Shown piece by piece: positions 40,498-54,447 of a stretch of 64,000 nucleotides of DNA. Position 1 is the stretch's first letter, and each line of letters begins with the position of its first letter. The position numbers and the translations under genes are program-made. Source of the stretch: Eledone cirrhosa. Its lineage: Eukaryota. Below the pieces are notes generated by a model. The model made no database searches, was not told where the DNA came from, and worked only from the letters and a program-made list of their open reading frames with translations. Location of the stretch: assembly GCA_964016885.1 (NCBI GenBank), contig OZ024740.1, positions 331,886,001-331,950,000 of the forward strand. Direction: 5' to 3'.

Positions 40498-40985
40498 CAT
40501 ATATAATAAACAAATAAGACGGTTACGTTAGTCCATGCCTGTTTATTTTACTATACGTATTTCAAAGATATATAGACAAACGTGTTCTCAAACATGTTCA
40601 CATGAGATGTAAATACCCTTGTAAATTTCAAGCCATGAATAATTTTGCCTAATTCATTTTCAATCTAAAATTCAAGAAAGACCCATAGGGAGGTCAAGAA
40701 TACCTAAAGAAAACCTAAAGGGACAGAATTCTGGTTCACTCTGACAAAACCAACATCGATTAGATAAGGAGAAGTACAATAAACTATTGATTAGAGATCT
40801 TAGAAAAAAAACTATTGCCAAACGACCTCCGAAAGCCTTAAATCTATCAATAAGGAGGCTAATGAAATTGTCACTAAACTCGGGATTGAACACCGGACTG
40901 AACCTTTCATACCTAGAAAACCCACAATAAAAATGAAAGACCATAAAAATTATTTTGAATCAGAGCTACTGGTTAGACTTATAAT

Positions 40986-41168
40986 TTTTTCTACTTTTGG
41001 CACAAGGCCAGCAATTAACCAGTACATTACTGGTACTTTATTTTATCGACCCGTAAGGATGAAAGACAAAGTTAGCCTCGACGGGATTTGAACTCAGACC
41101 GTAAACGGACGTAACTATGCTGGAAAGCATGGCGTCCGCTTCTCTAACGATACTGCCAATCCACCGCC
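40986..41168 (-). mobile_element. tRNA-derived SINE with perfect 17-bp TSD
   Basis: TSD ctggttagacttataat at 40969-40985 and 41169-41185; full head, core and tail. Confidence 0.95.
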
Positions 41169-42626
41169 CTGGTTAGACTTATAATACCATCTAAATCCGA
41201 CTTAGAAATTATAAATAAGAGCATAATTTACAGGATCATACCGCCATTAAAACTGCGATCAAAGCTCAAACTATGGAATGGAACCAATAAGGTTATCGAT
41301 TGGTACACTGAATTAGAAAACAAAAATAGGACTAAATTCATACAAATGAACATAACTAGCTACTACTCCTCAATTTTACCAACTCTACTCAATAGAGCCC
41401 TAATATGCACAATAAAATATACGAATTTTACAAGTGAGGTAGTTGATATTAGTCTCACGGCCAGGAAGAAGATAATTGATTTCAATGGATAATTATGGAC
41501 TAAAGCCGAAAGTGCTGAAAACCTCGACATCACAATAGGTTCTACAGACTCAGCTCAGGTCGCTGACCTTGTGGGAGTCTTCATACTAAACTTAATTAAC
41601 AGAAGGTTACCTGAAATTGGCGGATGTTTGTTTCGCGATGATGCTCTTCTCACATTAATTACCCATAACAATAGCGCCCTTAATAGCAAAAGTAAAATAG
41701 TAAGAGATTTTCTAAAATAATTATGGTCATAAGTTTCAAATAGAAAATAATAATAGAATAGCCAACTTCCTAGACCTAACGTTAAACCTTAATTCAGACG
41801 TTTACTACCCATACCATAAATTAAATGAAAACCTGAATTATGTTAGCTACTATTCAAAGCACCCTAGAAACGTTAAGAAAGCCATACTTAACAGTGTTCA
41901 ACTAAGAATTTCTAGACTCTCAGCTAATAAAGGAATCTTTGATAGTAAGGCTAGATACTATAATAATGCATTAACTAGAGCAGGTTACCATGAATATAGA
42001 TAAATATAATTTCGCACCCTCACATAAAAATAAACAAACCATTGATATTAACACTAACATACACACAGTTAATGACAATCATAATTTTGTGGGTAGCTGA
42101 ACGGGACAAATCAGATTTTGAATGGATATAATTTGAAAACAACCAAAAGTTACACAAGAGGGTTCCATCCCGCTCTGTTCTGTGGTATAATCCACCACAC
42201 TCTATTGGAATTAAGAATAATATAGCTCGGCTCCTCTTTAATGCATTAGATAAGTGTTTTCCTAGATCACATAAATACAGTAAAATCTTGAACCGACACA
42301 CATTTAAACTTTCCTACTCGACTACTCAAAATATTGCCCGCAACATTAATAATACAAATCTGGGAATTAAACATAGCGAGATAACTTACAATAGTAAACA
42401 TAGGTACGCTGATAGAATAAACAGCATCTTGTATAACAGAGATAACAGCATTAACATAAATGAGATAAACCTACCGACATACAGACACAGAGGGGATCTT
42501 TGAATGGTAATGGAGATAACTGCCATTGTAACAACCGTAATTTTTCCCCATTGAAGAATAACTGTCTTGATAGGAATATAGTTTATGAATGCACGGTGAA
42601 AAGGAACAATAGGTCGCATAGTAATA

Positions 42627-43623
42627 CTAGCCGAATTACCCGCGCCTAGCTGCGTTTCACACATTCTTTTTTTTTTTTTGTAAGAAAATGATGATTGATT
42701 TTAAATCAGTGATATAATTTATGGAGAAAAACTCTGCATTTCAAAATTTATTTTTTGTAATATATGAAATCAACATTACATTAGTAAATCTTATTCTTAT
42801 TTTGTTTCTTGTAAATAATTTTTTTCAAAATATCAATTCAAAACTTGATCCTTTCATTTTTGTGTAAAGCATTATTTTCAAATAAGAAATTCAAAGTTTA
42901 ATTATTTATTTTTTAACATAATAAATACATGTACATATATCTCATACTTTGTCCTAATGAAGAACTCTGGGTAAACAACATTTTTTGATTGGCTAAAATG
43001 TAGAGATTTTTTGAAGTTCCAGTCTTTGAAACAGCCACATAAAACATACCATGACTGAAACATGGGGTTGTCAGATCTATACCAATAGTTTTGAAAGTTT
43101 GACCTTGGCTCTTATTGATGCTCATAGCAAAGCATGGCCTCACTAGGAACTGCAGCCTCTTAAAGGTAAAAGGCAACTCGCTATCACTTTGTATGAGTAG
43201 AATCCTCGGAATGAGAAGAGCTTGACCTTTTAAGCCCCGAATATAATGGTTGCTTATGCAATCTTGTTACAACACATCTTGTTCCATTTATTGGCCAACA
43301 TTTTCACTATAGGGCGTTTAACCTCCATTAGGGTGTCTCAATATTATTAAGATTTGCTGAAACTTTTGGAATAAACATCATATCTTGTCATTTACCTATG
43401 GTTTAAATTTCATATAAATCGAAGGGAAACATGTTTCAGCGGAGGTTTGTATCCACAGGGAACCCTTTGAGTAAAATGAAATATATTTATCCAAGTACCC
43501 TGAGTAATGTAGTTTCAGAATATATATGGTTATGGGGGTCTATCTCAAAAACCATAGGAGGAGTTCGTGAACAAACAAAAAAAAACAACAAACAGACAGG
43601 TACTACAACTTTATATATATAGA
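42627..43623 (-). mobile_element. Non-autonomous Helitron with PIF1-like helicase C-terminal remnant
   Basis: 5' TCTATATATATAAAG, 3' GC-rich hairpin plus CTAG, inserted between A and T with no TSD; PFTFKRLQFLVRPCFAMSINKSQGQT..IGIDL..PCFSHGMFYVAVS. Confidence 0.92.
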
Positions 43624-44887
43624 TAGGTACAACTTCCTCTAAATTTAAGGAATGTTGGTATAACCATTGCCACTTGTTTGAAAGAATAGATACAAGATAT
43701 AGCACGGCCATTTCTGAATTAATTTAGTCGCTTAAAAATTGAAAATGTCGAATATTCCCTCTCTTGGTAGACACTTTCACATACTTTTCCATATGAAAAT
43801 GCATCGATATGTAAAGAGTGTGACCTCTGTACACTGATATTCTCCATATAAAAATAGTCATAAAGGAGTGTGACTCTGTACACTGATATTCTCCATATAA
43901 AAATAGACATAAAATTATAAAGAAACGCTCGGAAATGTTTGATTCTTGTCTCCACAAATTCACCAAGACTTTTCATATGGCATTTAGTTAAATGTTAATA
44001 TATCAAAAATAGAATAGGAAATAAGTAATAGATCATTTCTGTTATATATAGTTACAAGTTATTTAGTTAAATGTAAATAAAGCTAAATAGATTATGAAAA
44101 AAGCAATGCAAAATTCATTTAATATATAGTTACATTGTAAATTTAGGATCTATAAATAAAAATCTTAATTTGAAATAGTATCTAAATGAAATAAATCCAA
44201 TCTAAAAATAAAAAAATAGACTAACAGTATATACTTGCTTTCTTTTGAACTAACTGATCAATCCGGTATCTGATACCCTAGCCAGTTCACAAACAACTAC
44301 GCCAACTTTAAATATTTTTCCACTTATACAATATCTACTGCATAAAAATACAATAGTAAATGTAAATTAAGTTAAATAGACTATAAATTAGTAATTCAAT
44401 TTTTCTTTGATATATAGTTACATTATAACTTCAGCATCTATAAATTAAATATCTTAGATATAAAAGAAAAAATTAGACTAACAGTCATTACATGCTATCC
44501 TTTGAACTAATTCACCAATCCGGTAACATGATACCTTAGCCAGTTCAAATACAGCAACGCCAACTGTCAAATATTTTCCCACTCATACAATATCTATCAC
44601 GTTGAATTTTTTTCAGGTATATGCTGGCTGGTCACTGAAGTGAATAACTCGTCTGGCCTCTAGCATATCAAAGGATATTTAGATCTCCTGTTAATTTTAT
44701 CTCATGAGAACATGTTTGACTTTTGTTATACATAAGCCATACATCTTTAAAATACGTACAATAAAATAACTAGGGATGGACTAAAGTAACCGTCTTATTT
44801 GTTTATTATTATAATAAAACTCCGGATAAACATAAACCGTTGAGAGCTTGACATCTGTTATATGAAAATCGCCTGATTTTAACTCAA

Positions 44888-44973
<86 letters not shown>

Positions 44974-45112
44974 AGGGAGTGTAACGCGAAGTTACTGTAG
45001 GTTCACCCAGGTGAGACTCGATGTTTAGGTCCTCGTCAGTGGCGAGGTGTATAGCTAAACAGAGTGTAATATATAATAATAAAAGGATGATTTGTTAAGC
45101 CTTCATTTCGTT

Positions 45113-45171
<59 letters not shown>

Positions 45172-45185
45172 AAAAAAAACCTCAC

Positions 45186-45239
<54 letters not shown>

Positions 45240-45270
45240 TATATATATATATGTATTACATATATATATA

Positions 45271-46747
45271 TAACGAAGGAAATGTGGTAAGGAACCAGGT
45301 GGACCATAACGCACCAAAGTTCTCAATACTTCGGGTAGTAGAGTGGGTAATAGGAACGAGTAGGACCCCGACGGCTGAGCTCAAGCCGTTTCGACGGCTA
45401 ATTCTGGACTAAATGAAAATTTTTATCCTGGTATATGAATAGCCGAGCTTCTCAGGGGGTAATTCCATATATGGTAAAAGTGATTGTCACAAGGATTGGT
45501 CAAAAGTTTGTTGTTGAGACATAATAATTCTATCATGGTAATTTGTGGAGAGAAGGGGTAACTGAACCTGCCAGTAGAAGAAAGAGGGAGAGGGGGAGGA
45601 AACCCAGTCGTGCGTTGATAGTGCCAACTACAGCTGGGCAGGAGGTCAAAGAAGATACTAGGGAGGGGGGGGAGGAAGTCGAAACAATAAGTAAAACAAT
45701 ATGGGGTAAATATATAGAAAAGTATCGAGAGAGTTAATAAACAATTAAATGTAAAAAAAAACAATTTCTGGTTACTATAACCTAAGGACAGCTATCAAGT
45801 CTTCTCACTGGTACTGCTAGACTAAAGAAAGGTTTACTAGGTGGGACGGAATTATAATGAGACCATTTTAAGAGGTATAAGTAAACAACCGAATATATCT
45901 TACGGTGACGGGTCAACAAGTGGGGGGTCAAAATATTAAAGAAACTACCACGAAATAATAAATCAGAGTCCCGAGACCAGTACGAAATAAAGGTTTCTAC
46001 CCCAGGGACAAGGCCAGCAACCACCCAGTGCAAAAAAAACAAACTAATACGAAATAATAATTCAGAATCCCGAAAAAGAATACTAATACTATCTCTAAGG
46101 GTGCCGCTACGATACAAAAATTCTAGTGCAAACTACATAAATGCTCGTACGAAGTATATGTAAAATTTGATACGGAAAGTCAATTCAGAATCCCCCTCTC
46201 CCCCCACCCCCCAGCCCCCACCCCCAAAAAAAATCCTAGACCGCGTTATACCAAAAGTTAAGCAACACGCCAGACTTACCCTATGGGTCAACACCCAGGA
46301 AGTAATCTCATGGTTCAGCAATATGGAGGAAAAACGAGACACTAAATTCATCCAGTTTGACATAGAGAGTTACCATATTTTTCTATATATTTACCCCATA
46401 TTGTTTACTTATTGTTTCGACTTTCTCCCCCTCCCCCTCCCTAGTATCTTCTTTGACCTTCTGCCCAGCTGTAGTTGGCACTATCAACGCACGACTGGGT
46501 TTCCTCCACCCCCTCTCCCACTTCTTCTACTGGCAGGTTCAGCTACCCCTTCCCTCCACAAATTGCCATGATAGAATTATTATGTCTCAACAACAAACTT
46601 TTGACCAATCCTTGTGACAATCACTTTTACCATATATGGAATTACCCCCTGAGAAGCTCGGCTATTCATATACCAAGATAAACATTTTCATTTAGTCCAG
46701 AATTAGCCGTCGAAACGGCTTGAGCTCAGCCGTCGGGGTCCTACTCG

Positions 46748-46750
<3 letters not shown>
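45271..46750 (-). mobile_element. Tripartite PLE insertion: 3' region/pLTR (-), inverted RT fragment (+), inverted pLTR (+)
   Basis: 45271-46195 is homologous to 60116-60990; 46225-46372 encodes KKILDRVIPKVKQHARL.LWVNTQEV..FIQFDIESY as in 62385-62525; 46375-46750 mirrors ~45355-45725. Confidence 0.9.
45365..45460 (-). ncRNA. Type I HHR, C3/A8 mismatch variant (mirror copy 46644-46739 on +)
   Basis: ACCCC-CUGAGAA-GCUCGGCUA...UAGCCGUC-GAAACGGCU(UGAGCUC)AGCCGUC/GGGGU. Confidence 0.75.
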
Positions 46751-46811
<61 letters not shown>

Positions 46812-46812
<1 letters not shown>

Positions 46813-47554
46813 TTCGTTTCTGAATTTGTTTAGCAAGATTCTTTATCTGAAGACCTGTGTTGAAACTGATATCGTTATGCTTTGGGAGGGTTATGTTGCT
46901 AATAAGAAACACACGCACCAGTTGCTTTCACTTCAATTTGTTATAAATTAAATTTATAAATTTCCGGTTGGTTGGTTGGTTCCACAACCAGACGATTGTT
47001 GATATATTGTCAAAGTCCTTTCGTCACACATTCTGTGACCTCTTCAGTGACTGGGGATTATTTTCTTTGTTTTTGTGCCTCTCCTTTGTTCTGTCCTACG
47101 CCATCTTGTTTTTGTGTGTATTGTGTGCTTAGTTTGCGCATGTGTTACATCCGGGTGTCTGTGTGTGTTTAAATTTGTTTATTTATTCGTTTATTTACAT
47201 GTTACTGGTTGGTTGTTTCTTCTATAAATAAACAAATATAAACACACACAGACACTCGGATGTAACACATACGCAAACTAAGCACACAACACACACAAAA
47301 ACAAGATGGCGTAGGACAGAACAAAGGGGAGGCACAAACACAAAGAAAATAATCCCCAGTCACTGAAGTGGTCACATAATGTGTGACGAAAGAACTTTGA
47401 CAATATATGAACAATCGTCTGGTTGTGCAACCAACCAACCAACTTTATAAATTTATAAATTCCTAAATTTATAAATTTTATTTATAATAAATTGAATGAA
47501 AGCAACTGGTGCCTTTGATTCTTATTGGCAACATGACCCTCCCAAAGCATAACA

Positions 47555-47556
<2 letters not shown>
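46812..47556. mobile_element. Head-to-head PLE pLTR pair (~340-bp inverted repeat) between (TA)n tracts
   Basis: ~46872-47190 matches the reverse complement of ~47225-47556; both arms read into a putative ORF start (M/I)TLPKHN and contain HHRs. Confidence 0.85.
47009..47051 (-). ncRNA. Minimal type I HHR (mirror copy 47359-47401 on +, with an A9U change)
   Basis: GUCA-CUGAAGA-G-GUCACA(GAAUG)UGUGAC-GAAAG-GA-CUU/UGAC. Confidence 0.8.
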
Positions 47557-47585
<29 letters not shown>

Positions 47586-48163
47586 TAATCTCACACACGC
47601 ACATAAATATATATTCACGCACACAAACACAAACCTGCACACCATGAAAAAAACGGAACGATTTGATAAACAATATGTTGTTGTCTTTTGTTTTTTTAAA
47701 TCAGCTTTCACAGAAATATGGGGCAACGAAAATATGGATAGGAAAGTTGACGCCACCGGTGAGGAAACAAACAAATAACTACACACATACACACGGATAC
47801 TCACGCGCGCATACATACACAAACACACAGAAATTCAGATACACGGATACAATGACACAGTTTATGAAATAGCTAATTTACTACCTTGACAAAGCCAATA
47901 AACAAAAACATCAACAACAGGCGGAATAATAAACGTTAACACTGATTGGAGGCAACTCTATAAAACTATATACTATATAGAATTATACCATGCAAAATAC
48001 GATATTCCAAAATAAAATCCCCTATGTGATTGACGTGATGAACAAGAAACCTTTCAGCTATTCATCGCTTCTGAAATACAGCATAATAGGAAATATAATG
48101 GGGTTGACAAAATAAAAGCCCCTTCTCTTATAATAATAATAGTAATAATAATAATAATAATGA

Positions 48164-48298
48164 GAAGAAGAAGAAGAAGAAGAAGAAGAAGAAGAAGAAG
48201 AAGAAGAAGAAGAAGAAGAAGAAGAAGAAGAAGAAGAAGAAGAAGAAGAAGAAGAAGAAGAAGAAGAAGAAGAAGAAGAAGAAGAAGAAGAAGAAGAA
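48164..48298. repeat. Perfect (GAA)45 tract at the 5' junction of the Dong-type LINE
   Basis: Directly visible; preceded by (TAA)n. Confidence 0.97.
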
Positions 48299-50795
48299 CC
48301 GCATGTTCGACAACAACCAGAAGATGCTGTTTGGACAGCTTGAGGGGAAAGAAAAAGGCAACGACTTGATCCCTGGGGCGGAACAAACTAAAACATTCTG
48401 GAGAGGAATATAGGAGCAGGATGTTAGACATAATGACCAGGCAGGGTGGATTGAGACAGTACAGAGGGAGATCGGTGAGCAGGCACACCAACAAACTGAT
48501 TTGAGTATCACAGTTGAAACTCTTAAGGGGTAGGCCAAAAAACTAACCAACTGGAAATCACCAGGCCCAGATGGTGTGCAGGGGTATTGGATTAAAAATT
48601 TAACATCCCTTCACCCGAAGCTGACGGCCATGTTCAATGACTGCTTGGTGTCGGGTGAGGTGCCAGAGTGGTTGACAAAAGGTACCACAGTTCTGATAAT
48701 GAAAGACCGAATCAAGGGTAATGATGTTACCAACTATAGACCTATCACATGTCTGTCCGTAATGTGGAAACTGTTGACAAGCATTATGTCTGAGGAAATC
48801 TACCATCACCTCCACACAAACAACTTGTTACCGGACGAACAGAAAGGATGCCGAAAGAAGTCACGTGGTACAAAGGACCAGTTACTTATTGATAAGATGG
48901 TAATGGGGCATTGCAGGAGGAGACAAACTGATCTTGCCATGGGATGGATAGACTACAGAAAGGCATTTGACATGGTGCCTCATTCTTTGATCACCAAAAG
49001 CCTGGAGATCTTCAAGGTGGCAGATACCATCAGACAGTTGCTGAGCAGGAGTATGGGGTCCTGGGAGACAGAGTTGACATCAACTGGAGAATCCTTGGGA
49101 AGCGTGAAGATCAAGAGAGGTATCTTCCAGGGAGATAGCCTGTCCCCTCTGTTGTTTGTCCTTGCCCTGATGCCCTTGACCATTATGCTGCGAAAAGTGA
49201 GAGCAGGATACAAGTTGGGAAAGGGAGAGCTTACCATCAATCACCTCCTCTTCATGGACGATCTTAAGCTCTTCGGGAAGAGTGAGAAGGAGTTGGATGT
49301 GCTTGTTGACACTGTCCGTATTTTCAGCAGTGATATATGTATGCAGTTTGGTATTAGTAAATGTGGAGTCATTGTGATGAGGAGGGGTAGGTTGAGCAGA
49401 AGTAATGGAATCCAGATACCAACAGGTGAGATGATAAAGGAAATTGACTCTGAGGAAGGATACAAGTATTTGGGCGTTCTGGAGGCTGATGGCATAAAGA
49501 ACAAAAAAATGAAGGAATTGTTAAGAACTGAATACATTCGGAGAGTAAGGAGCGTATTGAAGTCACATCTGAACAGCAGAAATGCCATAAGCGCAGTCAA
49601 TTCCCGAGCTGTGTCTATTATTAGGTACAGTGCGGGAATTCTGAGATGGAATGTTGCTGAACAAAAAGAAATGGATAGGAAGACTAGGAAGCTATTGACT
49701 ATCTACAACATGTTCCACAAGAGGAGTGATGTCGATAGACTCTACCTAAGGAGATCTGAGGGTGGAAGAGGTCTCATCAGCATAGAGGACTGTGTTCAGA
49801 TGGAGAAAAACAACCTATACAAATACGTGACTGATAGTAAGGAGCCAATGCTCTGAACTGTACTGAATGAGGGGACAGTAGGCCAGGGGATGTCCAAGGA
49901 GGAAATAACATCAAGGAGAAAGAGCAGCCTTCAGGGAAAATCCCTTCATAGTAACTTCTTTGAGAAAACTGAATTTAGAGATCCACAGACATGGAACTGG
50001 TTGAGAAGAGGAGACCTCAAAAAGGCTACAGAAGGAATGCTAATGGCTGCGCAGGGGCAGGCCCTCAAAACGAAGTGGTTGAAGCACCATATTTACAAGG
50101 AGGAGGCTAGCCCACTGTGCAGGATCTGTGGAGAGAGAGGAGACTGTGGCTCACATTGTATCCGAGTGTAAACACCTAGCCCAGACCCACTATAAGGGCT
50201 GGAGACATGATGTGCTGGGCAGGGTGATCCACTGGCACCTGTGCAAAGTAGACAATTTACCACATTCTGAGAAATGATATGAGCATAGGCCAGAGGCGGT
50301 GATGGAGAACGATCAGGTGAAGGTGCTCTCGGATTTTAGGATACAGGCGGACAAGAAACTGGAACACAATAGACCTGACCTGGTGGTTGTGGACAAAGAA
50401 AAAAGATCGTGTCTGATTGTGGATGTGGCCTGCCCATTCGACACGAGAGTGCAAGAGAAGGAGAGGGAGAAAATTAACCGATACCAGGACCTAAAGTGGG
50501 AGGTGAAAAGGATTTGGAATTGCCATGAAGTCAAAGTGATCCCGATTGTCATAGGCGCACTGGGGACTATCTCCAAAAGTTTCCAGGGATGGTTAAAGAA
50601 AATTGGCCCCTTCACGCTTTTTGGAACGCTTCAAAAGGCATGCTTGCTGGGAACAGCAAGAACCCTCCGATACGTCCTGAATATCTGAGGCTGCAGGTAG
50701 TGGCTCGATATTCATTCCAACGGACTTTCCAGTTAACCAACATCAATGACTGAGATTCAAGGAATAACAACAATAATAATAATATAATAATAATA
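48290..50795 (+). mobile_element. 5'-truncated R4/Dong-clade non-LTR retrotransposon (RT, CCHC, RLE) in (TAA)n
   Basis: WKSPGPDG, NYRPITCL, EQKGC, WIDYRKAFDMVPH, IKRGIFQGDSLSPLLF, HLLFMDDLK, CRIC..HI..C, RHD, RPDLVVVD..VDVACP..KE.EK..Y; TAA repeats on both sides. Confidence 0.95.
48576..50688 (+). pseudogene. Dong/R4 RT-RLE ORF with few disruptions
   Basis: ORFs 48576-49856, 49890-50171 and 50299-50688; stop at 49854, frameshift near 50135, stop near 50275. Confidence 0.92.
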
Positions 50796-50811
50796 GTTAT
50801 TATTATATATA

Positions 50812-52650
50812 TGACACCGACTACCTAGACAGCCATGACCTGAGGCGTTTCTGCCCCAGTAGACCCATAAGAGGTAGACCCCCCACCATAACCTCAATGG
50901 CAAAAAAGACTCCCATGGGAAGGTTGATTGGGTGGACCAACGCCATACGGATCCCCTCAAACAATGATCAGGTAAGAAAGATCGTCGCGCATGCAATAGG
51001 AGCTAGTATTAAAACTACCCTAAAGGGCCACGTATTCAAATTCAACGAGAAGATCTACACCCCAAAATGAGGGATTAGCCATTGGCGTCAGCATAGCTGG
51101 TGACGTTGCCAACCTTTTTATAGTATGGTGGGAAAGGAGACTCAAAGATCTCCTTGATGAGAGCTCCATAGACCTCATCACGTACTCTCATTACGTAGAC
51201 GACATTAATATAGTAATAAGGACATACCCACAAGAGAGCACTAACAAGTATGATTTAGAATGTAGCACAATGGAAAGCATCCAGCAGATAGCTAATTCCA
51301 TACACCAGAGTATAACTGTAACTATCGACTACCCTTCCAAACACCCTAACAGTAGACTACCTGTTTTAGACACGGAACTCTGGATTAACACTATATACGA
51401 GAGGGCCCAAATTCTCCACTCACACTACGCTGAACCCATGGCCTCCAAATACCTGATACTCAAAAACTCAGCAATGTCCAGTAGAGCTAAGTTTAATATT
51501 CAGATCGCAGACTTGGTACGAGCGATGAAGAACGTGTCCCGCATGTGCGACCCAACAGATATGGAAAGACACATCCAACATTTTGTCAACCGTAATGCAG
51601 TTCTCTGGCTACAACCAAAGAGACAGAATCAGAGTATACGAAGGATCCACGGAGAAATATAAGACCCTAATATATTGGACATGAAAGGAATTTACCCATT
51701 ATACAGCAGCAAATCATGGAATAGCTTAGATAGGACTAAACATATGATAGGGAAAGCCACCTCATGGTACGATAACCAGAGATACCAGAGTGCCATGTTC
51801 GTGGACGCTACCCCTGGAGGCAAATTAGCTAACCAGTGTAGAAAGGCCCTGAGAAAGACCCACTTAAAGATTAAAGTGGTAGAAAAGCCAGGAACTACCA
51901 TAAAATCCCTAATCAGCAAAACATACCCTTTTAAGAAAACCCACTGAACTAATAGGAAAAGTGTTATAGGTAAAGCAAACCCCCGGATAAACTGTAAAAC
52001 TAGAAACGTCGTCTATAGCATAAAATGTACAGAGGGTACTTGCAGAAACATGACAACAACTTACATAAGCGAAACAGCTCGTAACATAGGTGAAAGGATA
52101 GACCGACACTGGGGGGAACTAAAAGGACGATAAAACGGTTCAGTACTATACGGGCTCGCCTCACAACTACATGACGGTAACATTGACAACATAGACAACA
52201 TAGACAACATAAAATAATATCTAAACATAGAAATGACCCAGCAGATAGAAAAATCAGAGAGGCAAGTGAAATAGAACTTAGAAGGCCAAAGCTAAAGAGA
52301 AACAAATGAATGGAATAACAACAAACCCCAACAAACAATACTGACGTAAGAGAAATATAAATAAATAAATAAATGATTATATATATACACAAGCACAATA
52401 ACAACAAACACATATAAGCACACATTAGTAAATTAAGATAGAATACAATAACCAAAACATAGTCACCCAAACGTGAACACACACCAAACACTATACACAC
52501 ACACAAAGGCAAGCGCAGAAAAGAAGACAAAAATAAATAAATAAATAAACAGATAAAATAAAGATGGCATAGATATACAATACAACAGGAGGAACATAAT
52601 AGCACCACTGACGATGTTGCAGTTGTGCAACGAAAGAAATTTATTAGACT
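50812..52650 (+). mobile_element. Degenerate 5'-truncated PLE (RT plus GIY-YIG) with a 3' HHR remnant
   Basis: VFKFNEKIY, GLAIGVSIAGDVANLF, YVDDI, TIDYPS.HPN.RLPVLD, MFVDATPGG.LA, KVVEKPG, VVYSIKC..C..YISETAR; CUGACGA-U-GUUGCA(GUUG)UGCAAC-GAAA at ~52607-52634. Confidence 0.88.
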
Positions 52651-52733
52651 ATATATATGTGTGTTTATATCTATATTATATCTGTATTTTTGACCGTTGG
52701 TCAGTCAATGGTAAACATTGAGGACCGAATGAA

Positions 52734-52842
52734 TTAATTGATATAAAATATACAGAAGCGAAAACCAACCAAACAGTGAGTGTGTTCTGTTATTAATTCT
52801 GGCAATATTATTACAACAATATGACCCTCCCTCCCCAAGTAT

Positions 52843-52922
<80 letters not shown>

Positions 52923-53030
52923 ATACTTGGGGAGGGTCATATTGTTGTAATAATATTGCCAGAATTAATAACAGAACACACTCACTGTTTGGCTGGTTTT
53001 CGCTTCTGTGTCTTTTATATCATTTAATTT
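52734..53030. repeat. Tail-to-tail PLE pLTR 3' ends facing a central (TA)n
   Basis: 52734-52846 matches the reverse complement of 52918-53030; both end MTLPKYN-like at the TA tract, like the 47.5 kb family. Confidence 0.8.
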
Positions 53031-53057
53031 ATACCTGTATCTTTTATATCAGTTAAT

Positions 53058-54110
<1,053 letters not shown>

Positions 54111-54126
54111 ATATATATATATATAA

Positions 54127-54447
<321 letters not shown>

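Larger units (their letters stand above)
40503..44812 (+). mobile_element. Degenerate PLE (Naiad-like) with inverted terminal pLTR segments, interrupted by a SINE and a Helitron
   Basis: DITIGSTDSAQVADLVG, FRDDAL, NFLDLTLNL, LWYNPPH, CHCNN..PL..C...IVYEC, IGTTSSKFKE.WYNH; 40503-40612 is approximately the reverse complement of 44700-44812. Confidence 0.88.

Noticed and set aside
46846-46876. CTGAAGA...GAAAC HHR-like motif on +
   Set aside because: Helices I and II pair poorly, the motif is not conserved in the homologue at ~18715-18745, and it is antisense to the ORF start; the real HHR is at 47009-47051 (-).
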